Origin: Macrostomum hystrix
Lineage: Eukaryota > Animalia > Platyhelminthes
Direction: 5' to 3'
DNA: 64,000 nt
Assembly: GCA_950097015.1 (NCBI GenBank)
Contig: CATNEN010000012.1
Location: 248,001-312,000 of the forward strand
Part shown: one piece after another, positions 12,211 through 26,845 of the stretch
Layout of the letters: each line of letters begins with the position of its first letter
Numbering within the stretch: position 1 is the first letter of the stretch
Translations under genes and position numbers: made by a program
Notes under the pieces: generated by a model
The model's input: the letters and a program-made list of their open reading frames with translations, nothing else
Database searches by the model: none
Told to the model about the DNA's origin: nothing

Positions 12211-13009
12211 CTCACTGCTAGCTCGGGTTTTGTTAATAATTACTAAGTGTAGATTTTTTACATCCTGATTTGTACAAAAATCAGTTCAGACTTCGATTTT
12301 GGCTACATAAACAGGCATTTTTGAATTTTTAGCAAAAGTCAATTTGAAAAAAAAGAAAAGCTGTTTTATTTGACAAAAAAGGAATTTTTCTGTACATTCC
12401 GCATTAGTTTTGATTGAACAGTCTCATCATCAGCACAGAAAAATGATGATGGGATATGGCATTATCACTTGAGCACATTAAATTTCAGAGTATTTGTACT
12501 AAATAAACATATTCAAATAGTTAGGAACAGCAGTAAAATAAGCGCTATTTGTAACAGATAATTGAAGGCTGTGCAAATTCCTAAACTAAGTACTTATAGT
12601 AGTCTGTACGGTGATGGTGAGGCACTGAATTCTAAAATCAATTACACATTTTGGAGCATCTAGGGAGGATTTTTTATAGTTTAATCAGTTAAAGCAAAAT
12701 TTTACAAAATTTACCTGGCCTGCTTCGTTTAAAACATTGAGCTGGAAAATACGATTATGCTAAATCTACTCGTATATTAAAAACGTATAAATTTAAGATT
12801 TAACTTGTTTATCGCATTTTTCCTTGAATGCTACTTAAAGTAGTGTAAACTTAAAACATATTATTTGAAAACATACGGTTTTGTTTCGCGAAGGCTTCGG
12901 ACTTTTGACCAGGGGTTCGGCAGTCTAAACTAAACTAAACTTAACTAGTCTAGTCTAGAATAGAATAGTAGAATACTAGTAGACTGATGGAATAGTCTAG
13001 AAATGCTCG

Positions 13010-13175
13010 TACTTGCTAGGGGACGCCACACTCACCCTAAACTACCCCCAGCTAATTCTGGCGGCCGGGTACTAGCTTCTTCAAAAGCTGAGGTGAACTG
13101 AGGTAGTTGAGTCGGGAATCGAACCCCCGACATTAAAGTCGTGAGCCCAATGCTCTAACCACTAGTCTATAACCC
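13010..13175 (-). mobile_element. tRNA-derived SINE fragment, family C
   Basis: Minus strand TAGACTAGTGGTTAG (A box) ... GGTTCGATTCCC (B box), no clean cloverleaf, non-tRNA body follows. Confidence 0.55.
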
Positions 13176-13467
13176 TTGAAAAATGTCTACCAGCATAAGT
13201 TGAGGTGGTGGGTGTCACTCGCTCCCCAGTCCATGGACTGAACAGCTGTGCACCGCATATGTCTGAATGAGATATTAAGCTACTACATGTACTAATGAGG
13301 TAATTTTCAATTCGAAATAAATAATCTAAAATGGCTGTCAGTGCATTTCAAGTCTACATTTTGCGGCGGAGTACAAACTAGTCATGAGTTCGAATTCACT
13401 GAACATAAAAAATATTCGATTCATATTAAACAATTCTGAGCAGTTCTGAAATTAAAAGTAGAATTTC

Positions 13468-16400
13468 TCACACAGTCGACAGAAAGTCTGCGTGCTCTGG
13501 CCCGTTGGAATGAGGCCTGTGGTTTAAACTGAACCTCGAAGGCTGCAGCAGGTCGATGGGGTTGTTTTCGTTGTCGAGTAGTCTCAGCTGCTGCTGCTGC
13601 TGCTCAATGGGCCCCCGTCGAGTCACGTGATTCTGCTGCCCTGACTCGGGTTCATCGTCGAGCCGGCTGATGCGAGCCACAGCCAGCCGAACCTTCAAAG
13701 CGATCAGGCTCATGAGTAGCCAGAGAATCTCTCCGAATTCAAAGATGCTGACGAAGCTGGCTCCGATCCACAGGCCGCTGATGCCGCCCAGGTCGGACAT
13801 GAGTGAGATGGCCGTATAGCTGCGCTCCTCCTGAAGCAACTGGACGTTCAACGAGCGTGCAAAGATACGCAGCTGCGACAGGTGCCTGTGCAGGAAGCGC
13901 TGTAATGGCCGGCATTCGACTCTCAGCTGCTCCATCTGCTGCCGCTCGACTCCGATGCTAGCAGCCGAGTCAAATCGGAGCTGAGCACACTGGCTGAAAT
14001 TCTCCGGCCGCAGGGAGCGCAGCAGAGCTACGCGCGGATTCACGGTGGCCACGGATTCGGAATATTTCAATAGCAGCTGGCTCAGCTTGCCCAACTGGAT
14101 GCTAGAGCCGCGGACCTGTACATTTGATTGCACATTTTTTTAGCCAGCGACGAGGTGATTAGCTCAAAATTGACGTAATTTGACGCAAGCGCAAACGATT
14201 TATAATATAGCTTTTTGCATTCTGTTCAATAATTGTTGTGTCAAATTCAAGAATTTTAGAGCGTACAAAAAGGATTTGTTTACCTAAGAATTTGTTTACA
14301 AAGGATTTGTTTACAAAGGATTTGTTTACAAAGGATCTGTTTACAAAGGATCTGCTTACAAAGGATTTGTTTACAAAGGATGTGTTTACAAAGGATCTGC
14401 TTACAAAGGATTTGTTTACAAAGGATCTGTTTACAAAGGATCTGTTTACAAAGGATCTGTTTACAAAGGATTTGTTTACAAAGGATCTGTTTACAAAGGA
14501 TCTGTTTACAAAGGATCTGTTTACAAAGGATCTGTTTACAAAGGATTTGTTTACAAAGGATTTGTTTACATAGGATTTGTTTACTTAAACCAATGTGACG
14601 CCCAGCACAGACAAGAAGGAGAAAACAGGAAAGTTACAAACGTATTTCAAACTGCCGGCGAATGTTGTACGCAGTCTTTAGTTTGACCCCAAGCGTGTCA
14701 GCAATCTCGCGGATTGCAGTTCCTCTCTCTGTCGCTCTAATGTACATGTTTGTACATTAGTCTGGTTGGATCTGGGTTTGGGTGGGGTATTCGCCGATAT
14801 TCCTATCCAAGCATTCCAATTTCCCTTACTGGGAGTAAAAAGTCTGTTTAAACGCTCTGAAATCCGCAATTCTTGAATTAGACTAAAAAATTATTGAACT
14901 GAACGCAAAAAGTGGAGGATTTTGCCATAGACATAGAATTTCTATTCTTGAACTGAATGCAAAAATGCAGAGAGTAGTAAAGTATGCCATTTGTTTAACG
15001 CGCTACTAAAAGTAATATTACAAGGAAACCTAAGCTATTGTAAATCGATTTTTAGGAATGAGTCATGGTGACTCAAATGCTATTTTTAGAAACAAAGTCA
15101 TGTGACTTGAATTCGGAGAACCGGTTCTCGAGAGCTGTATTGCTCATATTCCCATATATGGTAATGCTCACTTTAAAAAACCCCAAAACGCAGCTGGACA
15201 AACAAGTTTGACCTCGCTGTGCAAGTATGCCATATTAAGTAAATAAGTGAACACCCGGTCCTAAACCGGTTTCCCCGGTCTATTTAAAAATCTACTTTAA
15301 ATACAAGTTTGAATCCGCTGAAAAGCTAAAAATTCAGACTCGGAGCGGTCCACCGGACTTTAAAAAAGTTTTAAGAAGAAGAGGACTCATCTCTGAGGGA
15401 AAGACAAGTGTTAAGCGCTTCACAAGAATGAGTTACTTATTGCTAGCAATCTTTGTTTAATTGAACTAAGTTTACGAGAGCCACATATTGTCGATACGTT
15501 TGAGAAAGGTCTCTTGGTTTCCTAGAATACATTCCTAGAGGATTATTGATTGATTGATTTGAGTTATACGTTATATTTCGGAGGTAACGAAGAAGACGCC
15601 CTTCAGGAGGACCTATTAGAGAGACACAAGAGAGATTTTAATTGTTCATTAGGGCGCACGTTTCTATTGTGAATTCCGAGCTCAAGGAAACCGACAAGTA
15701 ATCTGATAATCTGGACTAGCAGCTGCCAAGAAGACTCAAAAAGCAACAGACCAGAAACTTCACGTTCGATCAGCAACAAGGAGAAGAAGAACCTCCGGCT
15801 TACGAAGACCAAAGACTACGAGCAGCTAGCCACCGAGGAAGAAGAAGCCACTGCAGTTTGTGTCACGTGACTGTTATAAATTGCTAGGCAATGTTTCCCA
15901 TTGTTTAGAAGTGGGAGTTTTGTGTGCCTGATCAACACAGAACTCTCTTCAGCACGCTATATTTTTTAACAAAAACTTTCCCGATAGGCAGGTGAGCACT
16001 AACTTGCGAGTACGACCTCAAACTCTGAGACGGAGCATCTGCATAAATTTCGGACTCGAAGCCACTGTCTGAAAGCTACTTTTCTAATATTGCGGTACTT
16101 TGAGCCATAGACTAAACGTCAGATTTGTAGGATAATTAAGGACTAATAAATCACCCAGAACGGGTTTGTGGGTGGTTTAAAACTGTTTGCATGAGAGTCG
16201 GATGGAGCAAGCATCTTCCTTGATCTTTGCCATGTTGAATTATAGCTTTGCTCGCAAATATTTTTTAGGTCATCTGGGGACGAAAGCTGCGAATCATGTG
16301 AATTCATTCTTGAAGGACAGTTGGTAGAAAATTAACCCACGGATCTGCCAAGTCTTCCGTCAGCTTCTCGTAGTCTTTAATTATGCGAAGTTTGCAGCAA

Positions 16401-19400
16401 AACATATGATTACTGAATCCGCTCCGAAGAGACAAGGTTTACTTGAGCTAGGTAGTGCCAGCCAAATCCTGAGCTAGTGCCAGTAAAATCCTGAGCTAGT
16501 GGCAGTCAAATCCTGAGCTAGTGCCAGTCAAATCCTGAGCTAGTGGCAGTCAAATCCTGAGCTAGTGCCAGTCAAATCCTGAGCTAGTGCCAACCAACTC
16601 TTGAGCTAGTGCCAACCAACTCTTGAGCTAGTGCCAGTCAAATCCTGAGCTAATGCCAACCAACTCTTGAGCTAGTGCCAACCAACTCCTGAGCTAGTGC
16701 CAGTTAAATCCTGAGCAAGTGCCAGTCAAATCCTGAGCTAGTGGCAGTCAAATCCTGAGCTAGTGCCAACCAACTCCTGAGCTAGTGCCAGCCAAATCCT
16801 GAGCTAGTGCCAACCAACTCCTGAGCTAGTGCCAACCAACTCCTGAGCAAGTGCCAGTCAAATCCTGAGCTAGTGCCAGTCAAATCCTGAGCTAGTGCCA
16901 ACCAACTCTTGAGCTAGTGCCAACCAACTCCTGAGCTAGTGCCAGCAAAATCCTGAGCTAGTGCCAACCAACTCCTGAGCTAGTGCCAGTCAAATCCTGA
17001 GCTAGTGCCAGTCAAATCCTGAGCTAGTGCCAGTCAAATCCTGAGCTAGTGCCAGTCAAATCCTGAGCTAGTGCCAGTCAAATCCTGAGCTAGTGCCAAC
17101 CAACTCCTGAGCTAGTGCCAACCAACTCCTGAGCTAGTGCCAACCAACTCCTGAGCTAGTGCCAACCAAATCCTGAGCTAGTGCCAACCAACTCCTGAGC
17201 TAGTGCCAACCAACTCCTGAGCTAGTGCCAACCAAATCCTGAGCTAGTGCCAACCAACTCCTGAGCTAGTGCCAACCAACTCCTGAGCTAGTGCCAGTCA
17301 AATCCTGAGCTAGTGCCATTCAAATCCTGAGCTAGTGCCAGTCAAAAAGTTGACGTGCTTTGAGTCTATGCAGATTTACGTAATACAAAAACAAGATTTT
17401 ATCAAAAAAGTAGACGCGTGATCACCTCTGGATCCCGCACTGGCCAGGCGCTCTGTCCCACACTGTACTGGTACTGCTCGTCCAGGCACACGTTGGCGCA
17501 CCTTGTGGGCATCTCGTGCGACGTATTGCGTCTCTGGCCGAGAGCGCACAGCAACCGCTTCGAGTAGTCGATCAGGCGAGGCTGCTCTCTGGTGAGTTCG
17601 CCCCAGTACTGGCTCAGCACCCGCTGGATAATCTCCTGCGATAAGCTGCCATTCCTACTGTGCAGTCGGGCCAGGTGAGACATGAAACGTTGCACTAGAG
17701 GCACTAGTTTAGCAGTTACTCGGACCTGCACAGTTCAGGCAATTGGGACAAATGTGTGTCAGTTCCGACCAGTCGGTTAAGGTCGTCCTACACCTGTTCT
17801 GTCGGATAGTTTGGTGGAGCACTTACACTTTCGCTCTCAAGTAAAGGTCCCTGAGTTCGAATCCGCGCTCGAGGCCACATCCTTATTGGGCGCAGCTGTG
17901 TACAGAATGCTTGTGTGGCTCTTCGCGCAATTTGCACTGTTGAGTGCCAACCTCTACACATCTAACTAATAACAGTAGAAAGACTTCTGGAGTATTTCAA
18001 AAAGCCACATTTTTCCTTTTTCTGTATCTCCCAAAATATTCAACCAATGGCCATGAAAATGCAGAGCACGGGATAAAAATGTCCGCTCTATCCGATGAGA
18101 CAACCTCCAGAATCACAAAACATCGGGATCGTCGAGATATTCAACGATTCTCGTCGTGAAGTAGGCAGTGGGTATTTGAACTACCTGATACTGAATAGCG
18201 AGGTCTACCTACTGTTAAAAAGTCGAGGAAATGTACGCTCCTATGCACAGGGGTCAGGGGTGTTTAGTACTGACCACAAAAGCAATGCGAAGCACAAACT
18301 AAACGCCAGAAAGTCATTTCCCCACCTGCAGGGCCGGGGAAACCTCCGCCAGGCCGAACAGGTCGTGACAAAAGTGCAACATTCGACTATTGGTGTAGGC
18401 GGCAGCTTCCAGCGGCGATCCGGGCTCGGCAAGCGGCACGGGGCCCTCCAGCTTGCAGCCACAGCGTTGAAAAACCGCCAGGTCCCTCTCAGCCGCGATG
18501 CAGTCGTTGAGGTCAGTGAGGTAAGTGAAGTTTTTCCGCAGCATTGAGTCATAGTAGGTCTGGTTGGCGGGCTGGGCACAGGGCTTGGTGGGTGTGCTCA
18601 CCAGAGAGGTTGTATACTTAGTCAGGGGCAAGTCCAATCGGGTGCCGGTCGGCACGAACAGTCCGGACGCATCCGGGTGCGGCGGTGTGTCCTGCTGGTG
18701 AATGGCGACTCGAAATCCGCCTGACTCCAGCCCGGTGATGGTCTTCATGATGCGATCGATTGGGAAGCTGGCATCCGTACTCGGACTGTACATTACCATT
18801 ATAAGTCCGTCGTCGGAACTTTCGCTGCTCAGTCGGCGCTCCGTCGGTCGGAAGGTGAAACAGTTGCCAAAGCGACGGTGAAAGAACGTGACAAAGTCGC
18901 CGTCTGAGCAGCGCTCTCCGCGGTACCAGCAGGCTACAACAAAGTCGCTGATTCTCGCGCCCACCGCCGACATGTTGATGCGGTGCTCCAACGATGTGTA
19001 CACGGCCTCCAGGAAACTTTAAAGACTCCCAACCGAACAGCTGGCCATAGACTATCTGCAGCTGCTGGGTGTGGCTCAGCAAGGACAGGTTCGCCTTCAG
19101 CTCAGTGTCGTAGTCTTTCAGGCTGTACTTGAAGAATTTATTCAACAGCGGGTCGCAAACTGTCACATCGGGCATTGTAAAGGAATTCGCCTGCTGTGAA
19201 ACAGTTGAACTCACGGGATTCGTTAGAAACATTTGAACCTGGTTGGCAGTGTGTACAACTAGACCGCCGAGGGTTGCGAGCAGGACCATGCACCATAGCA
19301 GCTTGTCATTCCAGTGGTAGGCATCCACCACGTTGCCGGGTCCGTGAACCGTGATCTTAGACAACAGCGCCGTCAGCTGGACATTCAAACGACGCTGTCT

Positions 19401-19441
19401 GGCCGCAATCTCCAGCTGTCGAAGCAGGCGTCTCTTTTTCG

Positions 19442-19486
<45 letters not shown>

Positions 19487-19544
19487 CCTGCCCTCCAAGC
19501 AGCTCTAGTTCCAGCTGGGTGTCAACCTCCATGACTGACCTCAT
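13468..19544 (-). CDS. DEG/ENaC amiloride-sensitive channel family; exons about 19544-18326 (1-nt frameshift near 19020), 17725-17426, 14115-13468
   Basis: Pre-TM1 TVHG, TM1, FTMPDVTVC, FGNCFTF, CGC cysteine-rich region, C..VC...QY.YSVGQSAWP, TM2 LMSDLGGISGLWIGASFVSIFEF; GT-AG phase-0 junctions; ORF is open upstream to 19784. Confidence 0.9.
14272..14590. repeat. 15-bp minisatellite (tttacaaaggatctg)
   Basis: Tandem units visible, in ENaC intron. Confidence 0.95.
16445..17345. repeat. 22-bp minisatellite (gagctagtgccagtcaaatcct)
   Basis: Tandem units visible, in ENaC intron. Confidence 0.95.
17800..17965 (+). mobile_element. tRNA-derived SINE, family A, 3'-truncated copy
   Basis: AAGGTCCCTGAGTTCGAATCCGCG...GAGGCCA and downstream body align with copies at 795 and 52765. 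Confidence 0.65.
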
Positions 19545-20404
19545 TGCGCTGGGGTTCTCCAGGGGCCAGCAGCCAGAGAGATCCGCTGAGGGTTCTTTGA
19601 CTCTCCTAGGCCAGTTGTTCTGCTCCTTGTTTCTTGTAAGTGCGCCGGCTGCCGCTTCTGCTTGATCAACTCGGGCCAAGCCGAGAGTTCTGTGCTTATT
19701 GGAGCAGCAGTGGTCGCCGCTGCTGCTTTTGCCCTGGCTCTGTCGGACTTTCCCGGTTCTTTGCTGAACCTGCTTGCGTTCCACTTTTTTTAAAGCGAGA
19801 GAGAGAGGGGGAGACCAGGCGCGAAGACTCGGGAGTGACTTCGATCTAAGAGGCGGCGATATGTCAGGGGCTGGGGTCGATTCCTGGTTGGACCAATCAG
19901 AGAGCGAGTGTGGCTTATGACAGGCAGACCGGTGGAAGCGCGCAAACGCGCCTAATTTCTGTTATATTCTTGTCTATGTAAGCAGTTTTAGTTTTAGTTT
20001 GTCAGTAGATCGTTTCATACTCCGTCAAGAATACAAATTGCCGATCATTTCAACGCCAACTGCAATGGAGTGGACTGGACAAAAGAAACAGCTTGAAAGG
20101 GGAGAAGAGATCAAGCATGTTGGCGTATTTTAATAAGTTTCAATTGCCCCTGGAACTAATGTGCAACCTTAAGGAACGGAGTTTTTTTAAGCAATGAGTG
20201 AAGCTCATTATTTCGCTTGGCAGTAGTTCAAATGGAAAGTTTTTTTTGCTTTACCTTTCTCTGTCAGTCAATCCTCTCAATTCCGAACTTATTGCCACAC
20301 CTTTTTGAGCGACGGATGATCGACAATAATGAGTGACAGTCTATGCATTTACGCTCATGTTTTATGCTGAATCACGTGCTTATGACCCCAAATACTTCAT
20401 TGTA

Positions 20405-21048
20405 TCAGTCCTTATTCTCAAAGTATTTCAGTGTCTCAGTCCTTACTCTCAAAGTATTTCAGTGTCTCAGTCCTTATTCTCAAAGTAGTTTCAGTGTCTC
20501 AGTCCTTACTTCTCAAAGTATTTCAGTGTCTCAGTCCTTACTCTCAAAGTATTTCAGTGTCTCAGTCCTTACTCTCAAAGTATTTCAGTGTCTCAGTCCT
20601 TACTCTCAAAGTATTTCAGTGTCTCAGTCCTTACTCTCAAAGTATTTCAGTGTCTCAGTCCTTACTCTCAAAGTATTTCAGTGTCTCAGTCCTTACTCTC
20701 AAAGTATTTCAGTGTCTCAGTCCTTATTCTCAAAGTATTTCAGTGTCTCAGTCCTTACTCTCAAAGTATTTCAGTGTCTCAGTCCTTACTCTCAAAGTAT
20801 TTCAGTGTCTCAGTCCTTACTTCTCAAAGTATTTCAGTGTCTCAGTCCTTATTCTCAAAGTATTTCAGTGTCTCAGTCCTTACTCTCAAAGTATTTCAGT
20901 GTCTCAGTCCTTATTCTCAAAGTATTTCAGTGTCTCAGTCCTTACTCTCAAAGTATTTCAGTGTCTCAGTCCTTACTCTCAAAGTATTTCAGTGTCTCAG
21001 TCCTTATTCTCAAAGTATTTCAGTGTCTCGATCCTTACTCTCAAAGTC
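20405..21048. repeat. 31-bp minisatellite (tcagtgtctcagtccttactctcaaagtatt)
   Basis: Tandem units visible. Confidence 0.95.
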
Positions 21049-21429
21049 CTTAATTACCATTAATTTGCCCTACTAATTATTTTAATAATTCATGCCTTAT
21101 GGCTTCATTGTCTTATTAAGAGTAATAAATTTACCAGAAGAAATGGTGCTCATAAGGAAGGCCATTGTGCCCGCATGTGAGCAGGCGTTGATCCAGTTTG
21201 TTGAAAAAATAAGCTTAGACTCTTCAAGCGTAACGGCGCTCGCTCTCGGCATACAGAGAAGCTCTCAACAGACCGAAGCAACTGCCAAACTCTATATAGA
21301 AGCCTGAATGGCACAATGTCCAAATAAATTATAGACGAAACCTCGATCTATGCTTCCAAGCAAACTTTGCCGCTTCTTTGACCAATGTCAAGTACAGTAT
21401 GTTTCTTTGACTCTTTGGTCGAAAAGCTA

Positions 21430-22565
21430 CAACCAGACAGGCTCACAGCCAGACACGCTCACAACCAGACAGACTCACAACCAGACAGACTCACAACCAG
21501 ACAGACTCAGAACCAGACATACTCACAACCAGACAGACTCACAACCAGACAGACTCAGAACCAGACATACTCACAACCAGACAGACTCACAACCAGACAG
21601 ACTCAGAACCAGACATACTCACAACCAGACAGACTCAGAACCAGACATACTCACAACCAGACAGACTCACAACCAGACATACTCACAACCAGACAGACTC
21701 ACAACCAGACTCACAGCCAGACACACTCACAACCAGACTCACAGCCAGACACACTCACAACCAGACACACTCACAACCAGACTCACAGCCAGACACACTC
21801 ACAACCAGACAGACTCACAACCAGACTCACAACTAGACTCACAACCAGACAGACTCACAACCAGACAGACTCACAGCCAGACAGACTCACAACCAGACTC
21901 ACAACCAGACATACTCACAACCAGACTCACAACCAGACAGACTCACAACCAGACAGACTCACAACCAGACAGACTCACAACCAGACAGACTCACAACCAG
22001 ACAGACTCACAACCAGACAGACTCACAGCCAGACACACTCACAACGAGACAGACTCACAACCAGACTCACAGCCAGACACACTCACAACCAGACAGACTC
22101 ATAACCAGACACACTCAAAACCAGACAGACTCACAACCAGACTCACAACCAGACAGACTCACAACCAGACAGACTCATAACCAGACAGACTCACAACCAG
22201 ACAGACCCATAACCACCACACTCACAACCAGACAGACTCACAACCAGACAGACCCATAACCACCACACTCACAACCAGACTCACAACCAGACAGACTCAC
22301 AACCAGACAGACTCACAACCAGACTCACAACCAGACAGACTCACAACCAGACTCACAGCCAGACAGACTCACAGCCAGACAGACTCAGAACCAGACATAC
22401 TCACAACCAGACAGACTCACAACCAGACAGACTCACAACCAGACTCACAACCAGACAGACTCACAACCAGACTCACAACCAGACAGACTCACAACCAGAC
22501 AGACTCACAACCAGACAGACTCACAAACAGACTCAGAACCAGACAGACTCACAAACAGACAGACT
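21430..22565. repeat. 16-bp minisatellite (cacaaccagacagact)
   Basis: Tandem units visible. Confidence 0.95.
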
Positions 22566-24079
22566 CAAATCAGTAAAGCCTGCAAATCTGTTGTGAACAA
22601 TGAGTTAATGATGCGCTGAAAAGGAACTTAAACCAGCAGGTAGATTTCATTATGGCTCAAATACAGCGATTTGGATCTAAAGTGCTCAAAAGAAACTAGC
22701 AGGAACAGAATGTTTACTTCTTAGTTTTGACCTCCAAAGGAATGAAACATTGTATAATATATTAGCTGTTAAGCGAATGACTCAAATCAGCAAATTAATA
22801 GTGGCATTGCTCAGCAGTTTCTTAGAAAAGGCCAAACAACAGTCGCGCTTGAAAAGCCAGCGCTTTTTAAGAAAGAAAGAGTCTAAGTGGCAGTGTTGGT
22901 GGTCTCAAGTTCATGAAAGGTATATATATCTACATAATGCTAGGCTGCTGCTCGACCGTTCGGCACGGGAATTGTAGTCAATTGAATACAGCCGCTGGTT
23001 CCTCTATGCCCACCCTCCCTACCGTTGCACTTTTCAGCCTCTATAATCAAATTCTCAGAAGTTCAGCACCGAATTAGAATGTTTTTGGGTTCGCAGCATC
23101 ACTGCGGGCATTGAATGGGGAGCAAATGCTACGCCATGGCAACAGGTGCAAAGCGAAGAGAAGCATCAACACCTAGCTTTAAGCCAGAAGCCTCAGGCAT
23201 AAAATCCTGACTGATCTTAGAACGAACTCAGAATCAGTCTATAACTCAATCAGAGCCCACGACTGGGGCAAATCTGTAGATGGCACTAAAGAGGGATAAA
23301 AAAGTAAGAAGAGCTTGCAGTTCTCCCCACCAGCCTGATCTGATAAGGTGTCCCGGCCTTCCCCATTCTCCACGCAGCTTCGATGGCTTCCCGCAGCACC
23401 GGCTTCGATCCGGCCTCTGACCCAACATATCCAGTTGCACTGGCCGACTCAGCCCCCTTATTTTCTCTGGCCACCGCTGCCATTTCGACTTCGCCTCCCC
23501 GATGTATCATGCGCCTCTGGGGATCGAGGAAGCCGGCGGGACACGAGAGCATTGCTGGCTCCCACCCGCTGACAGGCTGAAATCTATCAACAGGAATCTA
23601 TAATATTTCTGGCAAAGCGCTAAAGTCTATCTAGGCCTGTAGCTATTCTCGAATATGCTTATGAGTCCGTGCATTATCTATACGCGCTTCGCTATCAAAC
23701 CTGTGGCTAATCGAATCCAATTTCTTCACTTTCAATCTTCTAGATTGTTTATTTCCCAAGCCCAATGCGGCAATGCAGACTGGCTCAATGAGACTATTGG
23801 GAGCGACTTTTAGCGCACTCGTTCGCTCAGGAATCAATAAAATTTGCTGCTTTAATCAGGCAAGGAAAGCGGCACTTTACGGTCAAACAGTCCGCTAACG
23901 ATCACAATTTTTATGCTTGCAATCACCAAATCCTTCAGCTAATCTACTTATGTAGCATTGTATCCACAGGGCGAACCGGTTCAAAATTTATCGAGCGAAT
24001 CAATAACTCTTGGATCTGAATCAATCCACCCATCTCCTAATACCATTCTCAAATCTACTGATACTACGCTCGTATCTAC

Positions 24080-24530
24080 CAAGCTCACAAAACTATCAAC
24101 CAATCAACCAATCTTATCTACCAACCAACCAATCTTATCTACCAACCTACCAATACTATCTACCAACCTACCAATCTTATCTACCAAACTATACCAATAC
24201 TAATCTACCAATCTATCGATACTATCTACTAACCTATCGCTTTTATCTACCAATCAACCAATTATATCTACCAAGCTACCAATGCTGTCTACCAATCTAC
24301 CAAAACAATTTACTAACCTACCGCTTTTATCTACCATGAATCTACCAATCTTATCAACCAACCTACTAATCTTATCTACCAAGATGCAAGCTACCAATGC
24401 TATCTACGAGTACCATGCTACCAATCCTGTTTACCAATCTACCAATCTACCAAAACTATCTACCAATCTACCAATCTTATCTACCAATCTACCAATCTTA
24501 TCTACCAATCTACCAATACTATCTACCAAT
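24080..24530. repeat. Degenerate minisatellite, about 21 bp (tctaccaatctaccaatctta)
   Basis: Tandem units visible. Confidence 0.85.
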
Positions 24531-26422
24531 GCATAAAAGGGATAAAAAATCCACCAACTGCTAGTTTGCTAACTTGCTAAATCATAAACATACATATATG
24601 TACCCAAGACCACTGTAGTATGACTGTTATACTCATGGTAATGACATGTACTCGAATATCTTGTGTCGGAGTGGTGTACCAGAAAAGTACGCCTTTAGTT
24701 GCAACGGCATATTTGTGATGTAAATCTAATTATAGGGTAATATTTACAATACGTACTCGAGTGTATATGTATACGTCCGTTTGCACATGTAACTGTCAAG
24801 TCTAAATTACTGGACTTATACGATGGTGGACGAATATAGACGGGCCATTATAGTTATTTATCATCAGTCATGGGCGACTAAATTATATGTAAAGATCGAC
24901 TAGTCGACAACTGTAACTTACTTTATTTTATTTCGTAGTTCAGCACTTGTATTAGCCATCATATCATTAAGTACAATTAATAGTACAATTTACTAATACT
25001 TCTGGAGGAAGGGCCGCATTGCAGTTATAAGCTTAATTTAAATGTGGCAGCAAAGCGGACGTAATTCTCGCTTGATGAATGCATGTACATGTCCACTTCA
25101 AAGACTACATACGACATGGTGCATGTACGACTTTTGATAAGTAAAAAAATTAAAAAATGTAAAAGAGAACGAGCACCTATCTACAACACTACATCTTTCG
25201 TTATGGGCTTTATCGAAATTTAAACTGGATAGAACAATTAATGCATTGTTACCGTGATTACTGCAAGTATATATATTTGCAGTCTAAAGTTTGTCAGAGC
25301 TGCAATCAATTTAGATAAGAAGTTTCTCGATCCTAATTCAGAACCTGATTATGTTTTTTTAACTGGTTCTAAAATGAGCGAAAAACAAAAAGTCTAAACT
25401 TAGTCCTGCTTTCAGAAATACGAAATAAAGGACATCTAGAATGAAGATGTCGTTGTAAAAAATAGATATAACTAGAAAAACGAAAACAACGAATTATAAC
25501 AAACGTTTATTTGTGAAGCGTATCTTTAGATAATGAATACTAAAGAAGGCAAACAAAAGCAATAAAATTACATAAATACTGACTACCAGAAGAAAAGTGT
25601 AAAAACTTAAAACATAAAAAAACATTTTAAAGATAGCTTTTCTTTGATTTTTCAGAGGTAATAATAATCATCACCATGCACGAGGGCAAGGGTAGCCTAA
25701 CGATCGTTATCGACTTACTATCGATAACGCTTTTTGAGTACTGAGTGCTGTACATTACGTCAGGAGTAAGGAATACGCAAGCACAGAGAATTATGGATCT
25801 TCTCCATGGATCCTCTCCTTCTCTTATGGATCTATGAATTGCTTTGAATCTTTTTTATGGCGCCTAACCATAAAAGTGGCAGCAAGGTGTAAATGTATAG
25901 CCGGAGTTGTTGAAACATGTTGCTGGCTTACAATATTTGGAATAGAAACAGACGAGAAACTTTTTGTATACTCTTTTCGTGCTAACTTTAACTTATATAA
26001 AATGTCTACCTAATTAAGTAATTGTTAATTAAGTAGGCCTAATATGTGATTAATTTATGTTTTGTTACTTGATTTTTACACAAATTTAACGACCTAGATT
26101 AAGATAAAGAGCAGAAGGTTTTCGGTCTCTTTGTCTGCTGCCATGTTGTCTGCTATTAACTTGTCTTAAAAAGAAACTTTGTACAAAATCGTCTATTGTA
26201 AGAACAATTAAAACAAAGTCGTCAGCTAGGCCTATAGCTTTTGTTGTCTCAAAAGTAAAGATAGTATTGAATATTGTTTGGTTAAATACTTGCATGCCAG
26301 GGAAGCTCATGAAAAACTTGTTTGCAGTAAGGTGTTGCTCTTTGCAAGTACGAGCATATGTCTTAAGCTAAGAGTATGAGGCTAGCAAATCAAATGCTGT
26401 GTGCAAATGATGTTATGCATTG

Positions 26423-26845
26423 GGTACCTGGACACTTCGTCATCTTACAACTTCGTCATCCAGAACTTCGAAGTGTCTAATATCTCAGAGGCTGGATGAC
26501 GAAGAGACTTAGACTTGTGGACACTTCATCTATAAAACAAGTTTTCAAAGTTAGAACAGAACTACCCCTCCTCACATCATGTTGGCACCTATCTTTCAAC
26601 TCTTATAATGAAATCAGTTTTGACACCCTTTTTTCAATTTAGAGTGTGAAGTGTGTTCACACCTCTGCCCCACCAACCCACCCTCACTTTATTGATGACA
26701 AACTTGATTGCTTGCTTGTTATTTATATTAGGCCTAGTAGATGACGAACTGACCAAACTTTAAAGCATGCCAATTGGCTGGATGACAAAGTGTCCTACCT
26801 TCCAAGTGGATGACGAAGTTGTAAGATGACGAAGTGTCTAAGATC
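26423..26845. mobile_element. MITE with 9-bp TSD (Mutator-like by TSD length)
   Basis: 32-bp perfect inverted repeat gacacttcgtcatcttacaacttcgtcatcca at 26431-26462 and 26807-26838; TSD tatgcattg at 26414-26422 and 26846-26854. Confidence 0.8.

Noticed and set aside
13090-13170. Possible tRNA gene (also near 17800 and 53300-53380)
   Set aside because: A and B boxes are present but there is no closed cloverleaf, and SINE body sequence follows
18618-19020. C-terminal part of the 388-aa ORF 18618-19784
   Set aside because: Out-of-frame read-through after the ENaC frameshift
19014-19024. T_TTA_AAG slippery heptamer at the ENaC frameshift
   Set aside because: It would give a -1 shift, whereas +1 is needed to restore the frame
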